From contig JAKAXP010000001.1 in the NCBI GenBank assembly GCA_021816545.1, positions 1-36,915 on the forward strand: a stretch of 36,915 nt of DNA, in the 5' to 3' direction. Under the pieces are notes generated by a model that ran no database searches, was not told the DNA's origin, and worked only from the letters and a program-made list of their open reading frames with translations. Position numbers and translations under genes: made by a program. The DNA comes from Bacteroidota bacterium. GTDB lineage: Bacteria; Bacteroidota; Bacteroidia; Bacteroidales; VadinHA17. Numbering within the stretch: position 1 is the first letter of the stretch; the number at the start of each line of letters is the position of its first letter. Of the stretch, positions 1 through 9,601 are shown one piece after another.

Positions 1-1
1 C

Positions 2-1381
2 TGCTCAGGTGCCATCGGTTATTCGAACCTTGCCGACAGCACACCGGTAACGGTCTCCACCGCTTTCCGGGCTGCCTCAATGACCAAGAGCTTTACGGCG
101 CTGGCGATACTCAGGCTGCGTGACGAGGGTAAACTCCGGCTGGATGACCCGGTAAGCAGGTGGTTGCCGGAGATTGACAGCCTGCGGTACCTGTCTGACG
201 ATGCACCTGTGCTGACCATACGTCATCTCCTGACACATACCGGCGGTTTCCCGCAGGATGACCCCTGGGCTGACCGGCAGCTCGGAACGACTGAGGAAGA
301 GCTCAGCGAAATGATACGCGAAGGGCTGTCAATGTCGAACGTTCCGGGAATCACCTATGAGTACAGCAACCTGGGTTACACCCTTCTCGGAAGGATAATA
401 AAGGCAGTCACCGGGAAATCATACCAGTCGTATATCGACTCAGTGGTTTTCAAACCGCTGGGGATGAGGAGCACGGTATGGGAATACGATGATCTGCCGG
501 AGGGAGTCATGGCGCACGGCTACAGGTACCGGGAAGGTGAATGGAGTGAAGAGGAGCTGTTGCATGACGGCCCCTTCGGGGCGATGGGAGGACTGATATC
601 TACAGCAGGCGATTTCGCCCGCTATGCCATAATGCACCTCTCGGCGTGGCCGCCCCGCAACAGAACGGGGGTCCGGCCGCAGGGTGACGGTCCCGAAGGC
701 ATACTTACAGTAGACAAAACTGGGGGTGTACCGCTAAAAAGGAGCTCACTTCGGGAGATGCAGTCTCCTTCTTCGGGCGTCAGCTACAGCAGCAGCACAC
801 TTTACCCCGGAGGGCCGGAATGTCATGTAATCGTGGCGTACGGGTATGGCCTCAGATGGTCACTCGACTGCCGGGAAAGGAGAAAGATTTACCATAACGG
901 CGGGCTTCCGGGTTTCGGCAGCAACTGGACCATCATGCCTGATTACGGCGTCGGGGTGGTTGCCTTCAGCAACCGCACATATGGCTCCACCTATACTGTC
1001 AACCAGAAGGTGCTTGAGCTCCTTATAGCCTCTCTGGAGCTCAAACCGCGAAGTCCCGCGATAACTGATATCCTGAGGACAAGAAAGAACGATCTGCTTC
1101 GTATAATGCCGGAGTGGAACGCGGAAGGAACCGGGGAAATTTTCTCAGACAACTTCTTTATTGACAACCCGGTGGAGGAGCTGCGAGAAGAAACTGCCAG
1201 GATTTTCCAGGCAGCAGGCACGATAACTGATGTGAAAGAGATCATCCCCGAGAACAACCTGAGGGGCTCATTCGTGATGGATGGTATGAACGGCACCATC
1301 ACCGTAAGGTTTACCCTGACGCCGGAGCGGTCACCGAGGATACAATCGTTCAGCATATCACTAAACAAAAAAAACAATTGA
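2..1381 (+). CDS. Serine hydrolase, beta-lactamase (class C-related) fold; 5' end lies outside the window
   Basis: Frame 2 is open from the window edge. Translation upstream of the track's Met reads ...FRAASMTKSFTA, so the S-x-x-K active-site motif (SMTK) straddles the listed start. YSN motif (ITYEYSNLGY) and HNG (KTG-equivalent) box follow. Confidence 0.8.
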   Translation, partial: CSGAIGYSNLADSTPVTVSTAFRAASMTKSFTALAILRLRDEGKLRLDDPVSRWLPEIDSLRYLSDDAPVLTIRHLLTHTGGFPQDDPWADRQLGTTEEELSEMIREGLSMSNVPGITYEYSNLGYTLLGRIIKAVTGKSYQSYIDSVVFKPLGMRSTVWEYDDLPEGVMAHGYRYREGEWSEEELLHDGPFGAMGGLISTAGDFARYAIMHLSAWPPRNRTGVRPQGDGPEGILTVDKTGGVPLKRSSLREMQSPSSGVSYSSSTLYPGGPECHVIVAYGYGLRWSLDCRERRKIYHNGGLPGFGSNWTIMPDYGVGVVAFSNRTYGSTYTVNQKVLELLIASLELKPRSPAITDILRTRKNDLLRIMPEWNAEGTGEIFSDNFFIDNPVEELREETARIFQAAGTITDVKEIIPENNLRGSFVMDGMNGTITVRFTLTPERSPRIQSFSISLNKKNN

Positions 1382-1382
1382 A

Positions 1383-2507
1383 ATGAGATCTGCTTTGCTC
1401 CTGTCGGTCTGCCTTCTGGCGGTTTCATGTTCAACAAAACAAACCGGAAATTTCATGTTTAAATCACTTGACTCACTGCTTACAGCCGAATTCGTTGCCG
1501 GAGAACCCGGAGGTGCAGTCCTCGTAATGAAGGGTGACAGCACGGTTTACCTGAAATGCTTCGGCCTGGCCAACATGGTGACCGGCGAAAAGATAACGGA
1601 TAACACCCTCTTCAACCTCGGATCGATATCCAAAACATTCGTTGCCAACGGGATACTGATTCTACAGGAAGAAGGGAAACTCTCGGTGACAGATCCGCTC
1701 AGCAAATACTTCCCTGAATTTAAAAACAGGGAGATAGCAGGCAAGGTGACTGTTGCGCATCTCCTGACCCATACTTCAGGACTTCCTGACAACAGGCCGG
1801 TGAGTGAAAATCCTGAGTTCTTCATTACCGCAAAGGACTATGAGAACTGGGCACCGGTGATGCAGGCGGAAAAACTGGAATTTGAACCAGGCACGAAATA
1901 TGAGTATTCCAATCCCGCCTTTAACGGCCTGGCACTGATAATTGAGAAGGTCAGCGGGCAGAAGTGGCAGGATTTCATTGCAGGGAGGATATTCAAACCT
2001 GCCGGTATGGTGACGAGCACAATCACCGACGGTCCGCACCCGGAAACGGGTGTATCGCACGGCTATGAAGCGATGAACGGCCGGTGGGAGGAGTCTGACT
2101 ACGGTGAGTTTCCGACTTTTCCGGCAGCGGGCAACGGAGGGGTATGGAGCTCTGTCAGAGAGCTGGTCCTTTATGAGAAGGCAATCAGACAGAACATCTT
2201 CCTGAGCAAAGAACTCACGGAAAAATCAAGGACAATCTTCCGTCCTGACACCTGGGCAGATACAGTGCCACCTTTCATCGGTTACAGCTGGTTCATCGGT
2301 GAAAACCAGGTTCTCGGCAAAGCCAACGAATTCGGCGTGCGTTTAGTATATCACACCGGTGACCAGGGCGGGTTCAGGGCATTCTTCTTTTCAGTGCCCG
2401 AAAAGGACCTGGTTTATGTCGGATTATTCAACAGCCCTCCGGCCGACCTTGACCGGATCATACTGTCCGGCCTCTCTATAATGAAAGAAAATAACTGGCT
2501 GGAATAG
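1383..2507 (+). CDS. Serine hydrolase, beta-lactamase fold, lipoprotein
   Basis: Lipobox-like N-terminus (LLAVSCSTK). S-x-x-K (GSISKTF), YSN (KYEYSNPAF) and HTG (YHTGDQGGF) motifs. Starts 1 nt after the stop of the preceding paralog. Confidence 0.8.
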   Translation: MRSALLLSVCLLAVSCSTKQTGNFMFKSLDSLLTAEFVAGEPGGAVLVMKGDSTVYLKCFGLANMVTGEKITDNTLFNLGSISKTFVANGILILQEEGKLSVTDPLSKYFPEFKNREIAGKVTVAHLLTHTSGLPDNRPVSENPEFFITAKDYENWAPVMQAEKLEFEPGTKYEYSNPAFNGLALIIEKVSGQKWQDFIAGRIFKPAGMVTSTITDGPHPETGVSHGYEAMNGRWEESDYGEFPTFPAAGNGGVWSSVRELVLYEKAIRQNIFLSKELTEKSRTIFRPDTWADTVPPFIGYSWFIGENQVLGKANEFGVRLVYHTGDQGGFRAFFFSVPEKDLVYVGLFNSPPADLDRIILSGLSIMKENNWLE

Positions 2508-2509
2508 CA

Positions 2510-4378
2510 TCACATCTGTGGCGGATATGCTCCCACCCAGGGTATCGGTTTCTTCTTCAGCCTGAATGATGACCACAGCTCCTGAGGAACAGGTGCTGCA
2601 GCAGCATTGCCGGCGAATGACGGTAGCAGCCTGAAGTTCTTAAGTTCAGGACTGAGGAAAACCTGATTGTCAGTCACCAGGATGCTTTTAGTCTCGAACT
2701 GAGGAAGCCTGACGTTAAGTTCTGCCGGAGAATTCAGCGCCACGATGCACTGCTCCTCCTGTGCCGGGCTCCAGAGGATCAGCGGCATGGCCCTGCGGTC
2801 CCCGTTTTTCACATAGACATTATTGTCGATAACACTGAACTGAGGATCACGCAGCCTGTCACACAGCATTGCCCGCTGCCACACAAAGAGGTGCGGCCTG
2901 TTGAGACTGGCGTCAGCCACCATAAGGTTGTTGACAAAAATGTGTCCGTCGCGCTGATCCACATCCGGTCCGGTTGCAGGGTGCCATCCGAAGTGATCAC
3001 CAACGGCGCTGCGCTCGCTCCGGCTGACACAGGCAGTGCTGTTGACGAGAGTGTTGTTGTACATCTTCGCATCGCAGCTGTTGAGGATATGGATGCCGAG
3101 CTCGCAGTTGACGAAGACGTTACCTGCGCAGAGAGCCCCTTTTGAGATCTCGAAGAAGAAGCCGCTCTCGTTGGGCCAGGTCTGCAGGTAAGAGACTGCC
3201 CTGCTGATCAGCCCGACATTTTCCACCCAGTTGTTTGTAAAAACGGCATCGACGTTGCCGACATCGTACCAGATTCCGTTTGAAAATGGCAGATCGGTCA
3301 CAAGATTGTCGTTGCAGGTGACACGGTAGCACTGGTTGAATATCTTGACTGCAGCCGGGTAATAGCCGGTAATTCGTTCAATATTGTTCCGGGTGAATAT
3401 ATTCCTTTCGAGAAGTACGTCCGAGGAGCTGAGAATATAGATTCCCTCAGTGCTGGTGTCGCTCACACGGCAGTTGCGAATTGTAAGCCTGTCACCGCGC
3501 AGGTATGCCGCCACGCGGGAGCAGTAGGATATTGTGCAGTGTTCGAGGGTGGTACCCACCACATCCTTGCCGTGTTCCGCCTCGGGTGAAATACCTTCAG
3601 GGTCCTTGCCGTCAACCTCCAGCGCCCTGTACGCGTACTGGGTGAAAGTCAGCCCCCTGATCACCGGTCCGCGGCCATCTGACGGTCTTCCGTGACATTC
3701 GCCGGTTACTCGGTGAATAGCCACATTGCGAGCTGTTATCTCAACAAGCCTGTCTTTCGGATCCACCCCGATATATACCAGGCCGGTCTTATAGTCGATG
3801 AAGAAAGTGTTTTCATCAACCTCTCCCTCAAATCCTGCTGACTGCAGGAACCTGCCATCGATAAAGACCATGTCATCATTGAACCTATGGAGAGGCGTCT
3901 CCTTTCCGCTTCGCAGGCGCTGCCACCAGTCGGCCGGTGCCGAGGGGAATAGCCGGTCCCATTTCGTCACCCAGAGTCCGTTGCCCAGGTTCATCCACTC
4001 TGTCGCAACCATTGTCCCCTTTAACACAGGCAGTTCATCGCCGTATGGCTGGATTGTTATTCCCTGGTTCAGGAGCAGGTCGCCCGTCCGGTAAGTTCCG
4101 CCCCTCATCACAATCACATCTCCGGTTACAGCTTTCGCGATTGCGGCTTCGATTGTTGACGGAGAAGTGATGTTTTCACCTGGTACTCCGGCATCGCCGT
4201 CAGGCGCAACATAAATCACCCTGCCTCCCTTTTCAGGTACAGGCCACGACTGACGTACCGGGCCGTACGGTCCGCCCGAAGGCTGCGCTCCGGCGGGGTT
4301 CAACAGACCAATAAACAGTGCGGCAACTGCTGCCGTCCGGAAAAAAGCAGTTAACTTTAATGTGCGATCTGTGTTCAT
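2510..4378 (-). CDS. Secreted right-handed parallel beta-helix repeat protein (possible polysaccharide lyase/glycosidase-like)
   Basis: 622-aa ORF with N-terminal signal peptide (AALFIGLLNPAGAQ). Repeated short N/G/V/I-rich turns (NNIERI, NDNLV, TNNWVENVG, GNVFVNC, YNNTLVNS) typical of beta-helix coils. No catalytic residues identified. Confidence 0.55.
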   Translation of the reverse strand: MNTDRTLKLTAFFRTAAVAALFIGLLNPAGAQPSGGPYGPVRQSWPVPEKGGRVIYVAPDGDAGVPGENITSPSTIEAAIAKAVTGDVIVMRGGTYRTGDLLLNQGITIQPYGDELPVLKGTMVATEWMNLGNGLWVTKWDRLFPSAPADWWQRLRSGKETPLHRFNDDMVFIDGRFLQSAGFEGEVDENTFFIDYKTGLVYIGVDPKDRLVEITARNVAIHRVTGECHGRPSDGRGPVIRGLTFTQYAYRALEVDGKDPEGISPEAEHGKDVVGTTLEHCTISYCSRVAAYLRGDRLTIRNCRVSDTSTEGIYILSSSDVLLERNIFTRNNIERITGYYPAAVKIFNQCYRVTCNDNLVTDLPFSNGIWYDVGNVDAVFTNNWVENVGLISRAVSYLQTWPNESGFFFEISKGALCAGNVFVNCELGIHILNSCDAKMYNNTLVNSTACVSRSERSAVGDHFGWHPATGPDVDQRDGHIFVNNLMVADASLNRPHLFVWQRAMLCDRLRDPQFSVIDNNVYVKNGDRRAMPLILWSPAQEEQCIVALNSPAELNVRLPQFETKSILVTDNQVFLSPELKNFRLLPSFAGNAAAAPVPQELWSSFRLKKKPIPWVGAYPPQM

Positions 4379-4434
4379 ATATAGAGAGCGTTTATTATGA
4401 AACCGATTTCATAAAGTTATGAAACTTCACTTTA

Positions 4435-5280
4435 ATGCGAGATAGAATTATGCTGAAAAGATTCATGCCGGCCATGGCAATATTCTTGCTGCCAGTCTAT
4501 GCTGCAGGGCAGTCAGTCACCCTTACAGATTCATTGCCGGCAGATGCCTGGAGCTGCAAAACCGTTGCTTCCGGGGTAATGCTCAGATCGGTTCAGACCC
4601 GGCTGTTCAATTCAGATCAGGCTATTTATGTGGTTGACATCGATACCACAGCCGGAGATTTTGAATTTGGGGTAGCAGCTGCTGATACAACGCTGATAAC
4701 CAGCAGATTTGCTGCTGCGGAGGGTGTTCTTGCCGCCATCAACGGCACTTTCTTCAATATGCAGGAGGGGTACAATGTACACTTCGTCAGGGTGAACGGC
4801 TCGGACATAGCTGCCACAGATGAAAAGGAATTCGGAGTCCGTGCAACGGGAGTGTTCTCTGCAACAGGTGAGAGAACTGACATTTCGGGATGGGGGCCGG
4901 AGAGAGAGGACGCAGGAGCTATTCAGGCTGAAGATGCAATTGTAAGCGGGCCACTGCTCATGGATGACGGAATGGAGATAGCTCTTGACAGCACTGCCTT
5001 CAATAAAAACCGTCACCCGCGTTCACTCGTAGGCATCACAGACCAGGGCCATGTTCTCCTTATTGCAGTTGACGGCAGGCAGCCGGGTTATGCTGACGGT
5101 ATGAGCCTGTTTGAGCTGAGGGCGCTGGCGCAGAGCCTCGGATGCACCGAAATACTCAACCTTGACGGCGGCGGTTCAACAGCCCTGTATGTGAAGGAAG
5201 AGGGTAACAACGGCATAGTGAACAGGCCCTCCGGAAAAGTCGAGAGACCGGTTCCAAGCATCGTATTTGTAAAAAAATAA
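4435..5280 (+). CDS. Phosphodiester glycosidase family protein (DUF2233/NAGPA-like), exported
   Basis: Signal peptide. INGTFF and NLDGGGSTALY motifs are characteristic of the family. The start could instead be Met6 at 4450. Confidence 0.7.
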   Translation: MRDRIMLKRFMPAMAIFLLPVYAAGQSVTLTDSLPADAWSCKTVASGVMLRSVQTRLFNSDQAIYVVDIDTTAGDFEFGVAAADTTLITSRFAAAEGVLAAINGTFFNMQEGYNVHFVRVNGSDIAATDEKEFGVRATGVFSATGERTDISGWGPEREDAGAIQAEDAIVSGPLLMDDGMEIALDSTAFNKNRHPRSLVGITDQGHVLLIAVDGRQPGYADGMSLFELRALAQSLGCTEILNLDGGGSTALYVKEEGNNGIVNRPSGKVERPVPSIVFVKK

Positions 5281-5301
5281 ATCATTAAAACACGAAAAAC
5301 T

Positions 5302-5883
5302 ATGAGTTATACACTTCAACCCGGCCAGAAAGCCATCAGTTTCAGGCTTCCGGCCACCGACGGGAAAGAATACAGCCTGTCGGACTTTGATGAATACCCG
5401 TACCTGGTTGTTTTCTTTACCTGCAATCACTGTCCTTATGTGATCGGCTCGGATGAGGTCACCAGGGCAACCGCGGAGAAGTTCCGTGATAAGGGAGTTG
5501 CATTTGCGGGCATTAATTCAAACAGTGAGCACACCTATGAGGAGGACAGCTTCCCGAATATGGTAAATAGGATGAAGGAGCACAACTTCCCGTGGAAATA
5601 CCTCTATGACAGGGATCAGACGGTGGTGAAGGCATACGGCGGGCTAAAGACCCCGCATTTCTTCGTCTTCAACCGTGCCCGGGAACTTGTATATACCGGC
5701 AGGGGTGTCGATTCGCCGAGAGATACCTCGCGGATGACTGTAAATGACCTCGACAGGGCGCTGGATGAACTCACCTCAGGGAGGAAGATAAGCGTTCCGG
5801 TGACAAACCCGATAGGATGCAACATAAAATGGGAAGGCCGGGATGCCAAATGGATGCCCCCGGAAGCCTGTGACCTGGTATGA
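5302..5883 (+). CDS. Thioredoxin-fold protein (redoxin/AhpC-TSA-like) with CxxC
   Basis: [10 protein letters not shown] active-site-like CxxC in a roughly 190-aa thioredoxin-like layout. No signal peptide seen. Confidence 0.7.
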   Translation: MSYTLQPGQKAISFRLPATDGKEYSLSDFDEYPYLVVFFTCNHCPYVIGSDEVTRATAEKFRDKGVAFAGINSNSEHTYEEDSFPNMVNRMKEHNFPWKYLYDRDQTVVKAYGGLKTPHFFVFNRARELVYTGRGVDSPRDTSRMTVNDLDRALDELTSGRKISVPVTNPIGCNIKWEGRDAKWMPPEACDLV

Positions 5884-5917
5884 GTAATGCTGCTGCCATC
5901 AAAGCACGTGACAAATT

Positions 5918-6805
5918 ATGAGCGAACCCGCCATACAGATCTCGGGACTTACCAAGAAGTACGGCAGGGACCGTGGAATCGAGAATATCAGTTTGCAGGT
6001 TGAAGAGGGCGAAATATTCGGTTTCATCGGCCCGAACGGGGCCGGAAAATCAACAACGATACGTGTTCTCCTGAATCTCCTGTTCCCTACCAGCGGCAGC
6101 GCCCGGATAATGGGTTATGACATCGTTAAGGATTCGAAAAATATCAGGACTCAGACAGGCTACATCCCCTCCGAGGCGAACCCGTATCCCGATATGTCCG
6201 CCAGGGAGTTCCTGCGCTACTGTGCATCGTTTTACGGCGTCGCGGATGCGGAAAAGAGAACCGGTGAGCTGATGGAGATGTTCGAGGCGGAGCCAGGAAG
6301 AAGGATATCGGATCTCTCATCGGGTAACAGGAAGAAGCTCTCTATCATTCAGAGCTTCCTTCACAGGCCAAGGCTGCTTATTGTTGATGAACCCACCACC
6401 GGTCTCGATCCGCTGATGCAGTCGAGATTCTTTGACCTGCTGCGCTCTGAAAACCGTAATGGGATGACGGTTTTCTTTTCCTCGCACACCCTCAGTGATG
6501 TTCAGATGCTTTGCAGGCGTGTGGCAATAATCAGGGAAGGGAAGATTGTCAACGTTGAAGAGATTGAGAGCCTGAGGAAGAAGCAGCTACGGAAGATACG
6601 GGTTGAATTCGCTGAAAAGTCAGGCGACAGCCTTGCGGGGCTGCCGGGAATTGAGAACCTGATTGCAGTTACAGAGAGGACCGTGGAGTTCATCTTTTCA
6701 GGAGATATAAACATACTCCTTTCCGCCCTGCGCGGAATGACTGTCTCTGACCTGACAATCGAGGAGCCCTCGCTTGAGGAGATTTTCATGCATTATTACA
6801 ATTAA
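5918..6805 (+). CDS. ABC transporter ATP-binding protein
   Basis: Walker A GPNGAGKST, signature LSSGNRKKL, Walker B LLIVDEPTTGLD, H-loop SSHTL. Confidence 0.9.
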   Translation: MSEPAIQISGLTKKYGRDRGIENISLQVEEGEIFGFIGPNGAGKSTTIRVLLNLLFPTSGSARIMGYDIVKDSKNIRTQTGYIPSEANPYPDMSAREFLRYCASFYGVADAEKRTGELMEMFEAEPGRRISDLSSGNRKKLSIIQSFLHRPRLLIVDEPTTGLDPLMQSRFFDLLRSENRNGMTVFFSSHTLSDVQMLCRRVAIIREGKIVNVEEIESLRKKQLRKIRVEFAEKSGDSLAGLPGIENLIAVTERTVEFIFSGDINILLSALRGMTVSDLTIEEPSLEEIFMHYYN

Positions 6806-6819
6806 CCCGGGATGCAATC

Positions 6820-7629
6820 ATGAACAGCAACCTGTTTCTGAGGGAGTTAAGGAGCAACCTTAAAAGCCTGATTGTGTGGACCGCAATTATTACCTTCCTC
6901 ATCACAGCGACAATGTCACTTTACAGCATTTTCCTCGAGAACAACTCGAAGATTCTTGCCATGATAAGCATCCTTCCGGAGGGGACATTGCAGTTCAAAG
7001 GCGTTTCCGATGTCAATGACCTCTTCTCAGTGCTTGGATTTTACTCTGCCAACAATGTGATCTACATGCTGGTGCTTGGCAGCATTTATTCAATAGTACT
7101 CTCTTCCAACATTTTGCTTAAGGAGGAGTACGGCAGGACGGCTGAATTCCTGCTGGCATGGCCGGTTACAAGAAGCCAGGTATATTTCAGCAAGCTGTTC
7201 GTAGTGGTCCTCAATATACTGGTACTGAATGCCATAACCACCGTTGCCGGGTACATATCACTTGAGACGTGCAAGAAGGAGCCCTATAACGTTGATGCCT
7301 TCCTTATCATGTCATTGTATACACTCCTGCTCCACCTTTTCTTCGCCTATCTTGGCATGTTCCTGTCAGTACGTGTGAAAAAGCCAAGGCCGATCACAAC
7401 AGTGAGTGTTGCCCTGGTAATGGTTCTCTATTTCATCTTTACAATTTCAAATATTACTGACAATCTCTCGTGGGCAGGGTATATAAGTCCGTATAAGTTC
7501 ATTGATCTTGATGTGGTTAACCCGGAATACCGGATTAACCTGATCAACATCGTGTATTTTACCGGTTTTTCTTTTCTGTTTCTTGGCGCTTCGCGAAGCA
7601 TGTATATCAGGAAGGATATTTATCTTTAA
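6820..7629 (+). CDS. ABC-2 type transporter permease
   Basis: 269-aa protein with about 6 hydrophobic helices, 14 nt downstream of the ABC ATPase. No specific motif recognised. Confidence 0.65.
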   Translation: MNSNLFLRELRSNLKSLIVWTAIITFLITATMSLYSIFLENNSKILAMISILPEGTLQFKGVSDVNDLFSVLGFYSANNVIYMLVLGSIYSIVLSSNILLKEEYGRTAEFLLAWPVTRSQVYFSKLFVVVLNILVLNAITTVAGYISLETCKKEPYNVDAFLIMSLYTLLLHLFFAYLGMFLSVRVKKPRPITTVSVALVMVLYFIFTISNITDNLSWAGYISPYKFIDLDVVNPEYRINLINIVYFTGFSFLFLGASRSMYIRKDIYL

Positions 7630-7642
7630 TATTATTATACCT

Positions 7643-7918
7643 GGTGAGGAAGGGGCTGCTGCGATACAGCCGTCCGGGCCATGAAGCAGCAGGTGCGGCG
7701 GGTGATGGGGCTGCTGCGATGCGGTCGTCAGGTCATGAAGCAGCATGTGCGCTGGAGGAAGGGGCTGCTGCGATACAGCCGTCCGGGCCATGAAGCAGCA
7801 GGTGCGGCGGAGGAAGAGGCTGCTGCGATGCGGCCGGGAGGCCATTAAGCAGCTGGAGCCGCGGAGGAAGAGGCTGCTGCGATGCGGTCGGCAGGTCATG
7901 AAGCAGCATATGCGGTGG
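7643..7918. repeat. Tandem array, 5 units of 54/55 bp, with 109-bp higher-order structure
   Basis: GCTGCTGCGAT core recurs at 7655, 7710, 7764, 7819 and 7873. Units 1 and 3 are identical over 56 bp (7646-7701 = 7755-7810). Every unit carries the inverted pair GCTGCT...AGCAGC. Confidence 0.9.
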
Positions 7919-8012
7919 CAACAGGTGCCAGAAGGCAAAAGATCCGGAGCCGAAACATCCGCTGCATGGCTCCCGGTGCCTCAAGGCAGCAAATGACTAA
8001 AAACAAGTAACC

Positions 8013-9551
8013 ATGAGTTTGAAGACAAAAACAACAATTTTCCTGGCAATGACACTTATGATATCAGGCCCACTGCGGTCACAGCAATATGCGGCAAACA
8101 TTTTTGACGGAAACCTGGACATAGGCAGATGCAGCATCCGCGGATCGGTGGAGTATGACCCCGCAGCGCAGCAATATACCCTGGCGGGATCAGGTGAAAA
8201 CATCTGGTTCAGTGCAGACCAGTTTCACTTCGCGTGGAAGAAGCTTAGCGGTGATTTTATTCTCAGTGCTGATGTCAGGTTCATCGGCGAGGGGAACCAT
8301 GCACACAGGAAGGTTGGATGGATGATCCGTAACAGCCTTGACGCGTCTTCGGCGCATGTCAGCGCTGCCGTGCACGGTGACGGGCTGGCATCACTGCAAT
8401 ACCGGTTGTATGATGGCGGTGAGACACTCGAGAACAGGTCCCCGGTAAAGGCACCTGATGTAATTCAGCTTGAACGGAGGGGTGACCTGTTCATCTTCTC
8501 TGCCGCTGTGAGGGGCGAGCCGTTCCGGACTGTGGAGGTCAGGCAGTCCTCACTGACCGGCGAAGTGTTTGCAGGGCTTTTCATCTGTTCTCATGACAAC
8601 AACTTTTCAGAAAAGGCTGTCTTCAGCAACGTGAGGATCACAAGGCCGGCATGGCCCGACCTGGTGCCATACCGCGACTACCTCGGCAGTAACCTTGAGA
8701 TCCTTGATGTTGAAACGGGGCACCGCCAGGTTGTCTTCCAGGCGCCTAATTCAATACAGGCGCCCAACTGGACACCGGACGGCAGGTACCTGGTTTACAA
8801 CAGTGACGGGTTGCTGTACCGGTTTGACCTTGAAACGGGTATGCCGGAGGTTATAAATTCAGGGTTTGCCCGAAGCAACAACAATGACCATGTCCTCTCG
8901 TTTGACGGGATGATGATAGGAATAAGCAACCATGTGGCTGAGGAGAACAACCGATCAATAATATTTACAATGCCCCTTGAAGGAGGCACCCCGGAGCGTA
9001 TCACCGCCCTCGGTCCCTCCTATCTCCATGGCTGGTCGCCTGACGGCAAGTGGATGACATACACCGCAGAGCGAAAAGGTGATTATGACCTCTACAAAAT
9101 ATCATTGGAAAAGAAGAAAGAGATCAGGCTGACTGATGCCCCCGGGCTTGATGACGGGTCAGAGTATTCACCTGACGGGAAATACATTTATTTTAACTCG
9201 GTACGCTCCGGTAAAATGAAACTGTGGAGAATGAAGCCTGACGGCTCACAGCAGGAGCAATTGACATTTGATGAATATAACGACTGGTTCCCGCATATCT
9301 CACCGGACGGCAATTGGATTGTCTTCCTCTCATTCATGCCGGATGTAAGACCTGATGATCATCCTTTTTACAAACATGTATATATCAGAAGGATGGCCAT
9401 CCCGGAAACGAAAGCCGACCTCCATGATTATACATCCGGAACACCGGAGGTAATTGCCTATCTTTACGGTGGGCAGGGAACTATTAATGTTCCGGGCTGG
9501 TCTCCTGACGGGAAAAAAGTGGCTTTCGTCAGCAATTCCGGAGTTCTTTAA
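8013..9551 (+). CDS. Exported two-domain protein: N-terminal concanavalin/DUF1349-like domain plus C-terminal PD40 (TolB-like) beta-propeller
   Basis: Signal peptide. Five PD40-type repeats (WTPDGRYLVY, WSPDGKWMTY, YSPDGKYIYF, ISPDGNWIVF, WSPDGKKVAF). The N-terminal roughly 210 aa (GENIWFSADQFHFAWKKLSGDFILSADVRF) resembles LamG/DUF1349 jelly-rolls. Confidence 0.7.
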   Translation: MSLKTKTTIFLAMTLMISGPLRSQQYAANIFDGNLDIGRCSIRGSVEYDPAAQQYTLAGSGENIWFSADQFHFAWKKLSGDFILSADVRFIGEGNHAHRKVGWMIRNSLDASSAHVSAAVHGDGLASLQYRLYDGGETLENRSPVKAPDVIQLERRGDLFIFSAAVRGEPFRTVEVRQSSLTGEVFAGLFICSHDNNFSEKAVFSNVRITRPAWPDLVPYRDYLGSNLEILDVETGHRQVVFQAPNSIQAPNWTPDGRYLVYNSDGLLYRFDLETGMPEVINSGFARSNNNDHVLSFDGMMIGISNHVAEENNRSIIFTMPLEGGTPERITALGPSYLHGWSPDGKWMTYTAERKGDYDLYKISLEKKKEIRLTDAPGLDDGSEYSPDGKYIYFNSVRSGKMKLWRMKPDGSQQEQLTFDEYNDWFPHISPDGNWIVFLSFMPDVRPDDHPFYKHVYIRRMAIPETKADLHDYTSGTPEVIAYLYGGQGTINVPGWSPDGKKVAFVSNSGVL

Positions 9552-9601
9552 ACATTGACTACAGATACACAGGAATACCAACCTGAATTTAATCTCTTCT
9601 G

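Noticed and set aside
7643-7918. Possible CRISPR array (regular ~55-bp periodicity)
   Set aside because: The whole 54/55-bp unit is repeated, and units 1 and 3 are identical end to end. There are no unique spacers between short conserved repeats. No cas genes or leader are present. This is a plain tandem repeat.
7447-7996. ORFs 7447-7938 (-), 7733-7984 (-) and 7745-7996 (+)
   Set aside because: They are read-throughs of the tandem array. The peptides are periodic and low-complexity (e.g. RPHRSSLFLR, RRKRLLRCGR repeats). One overlaps the well-supported permease gene on the opposite strand.
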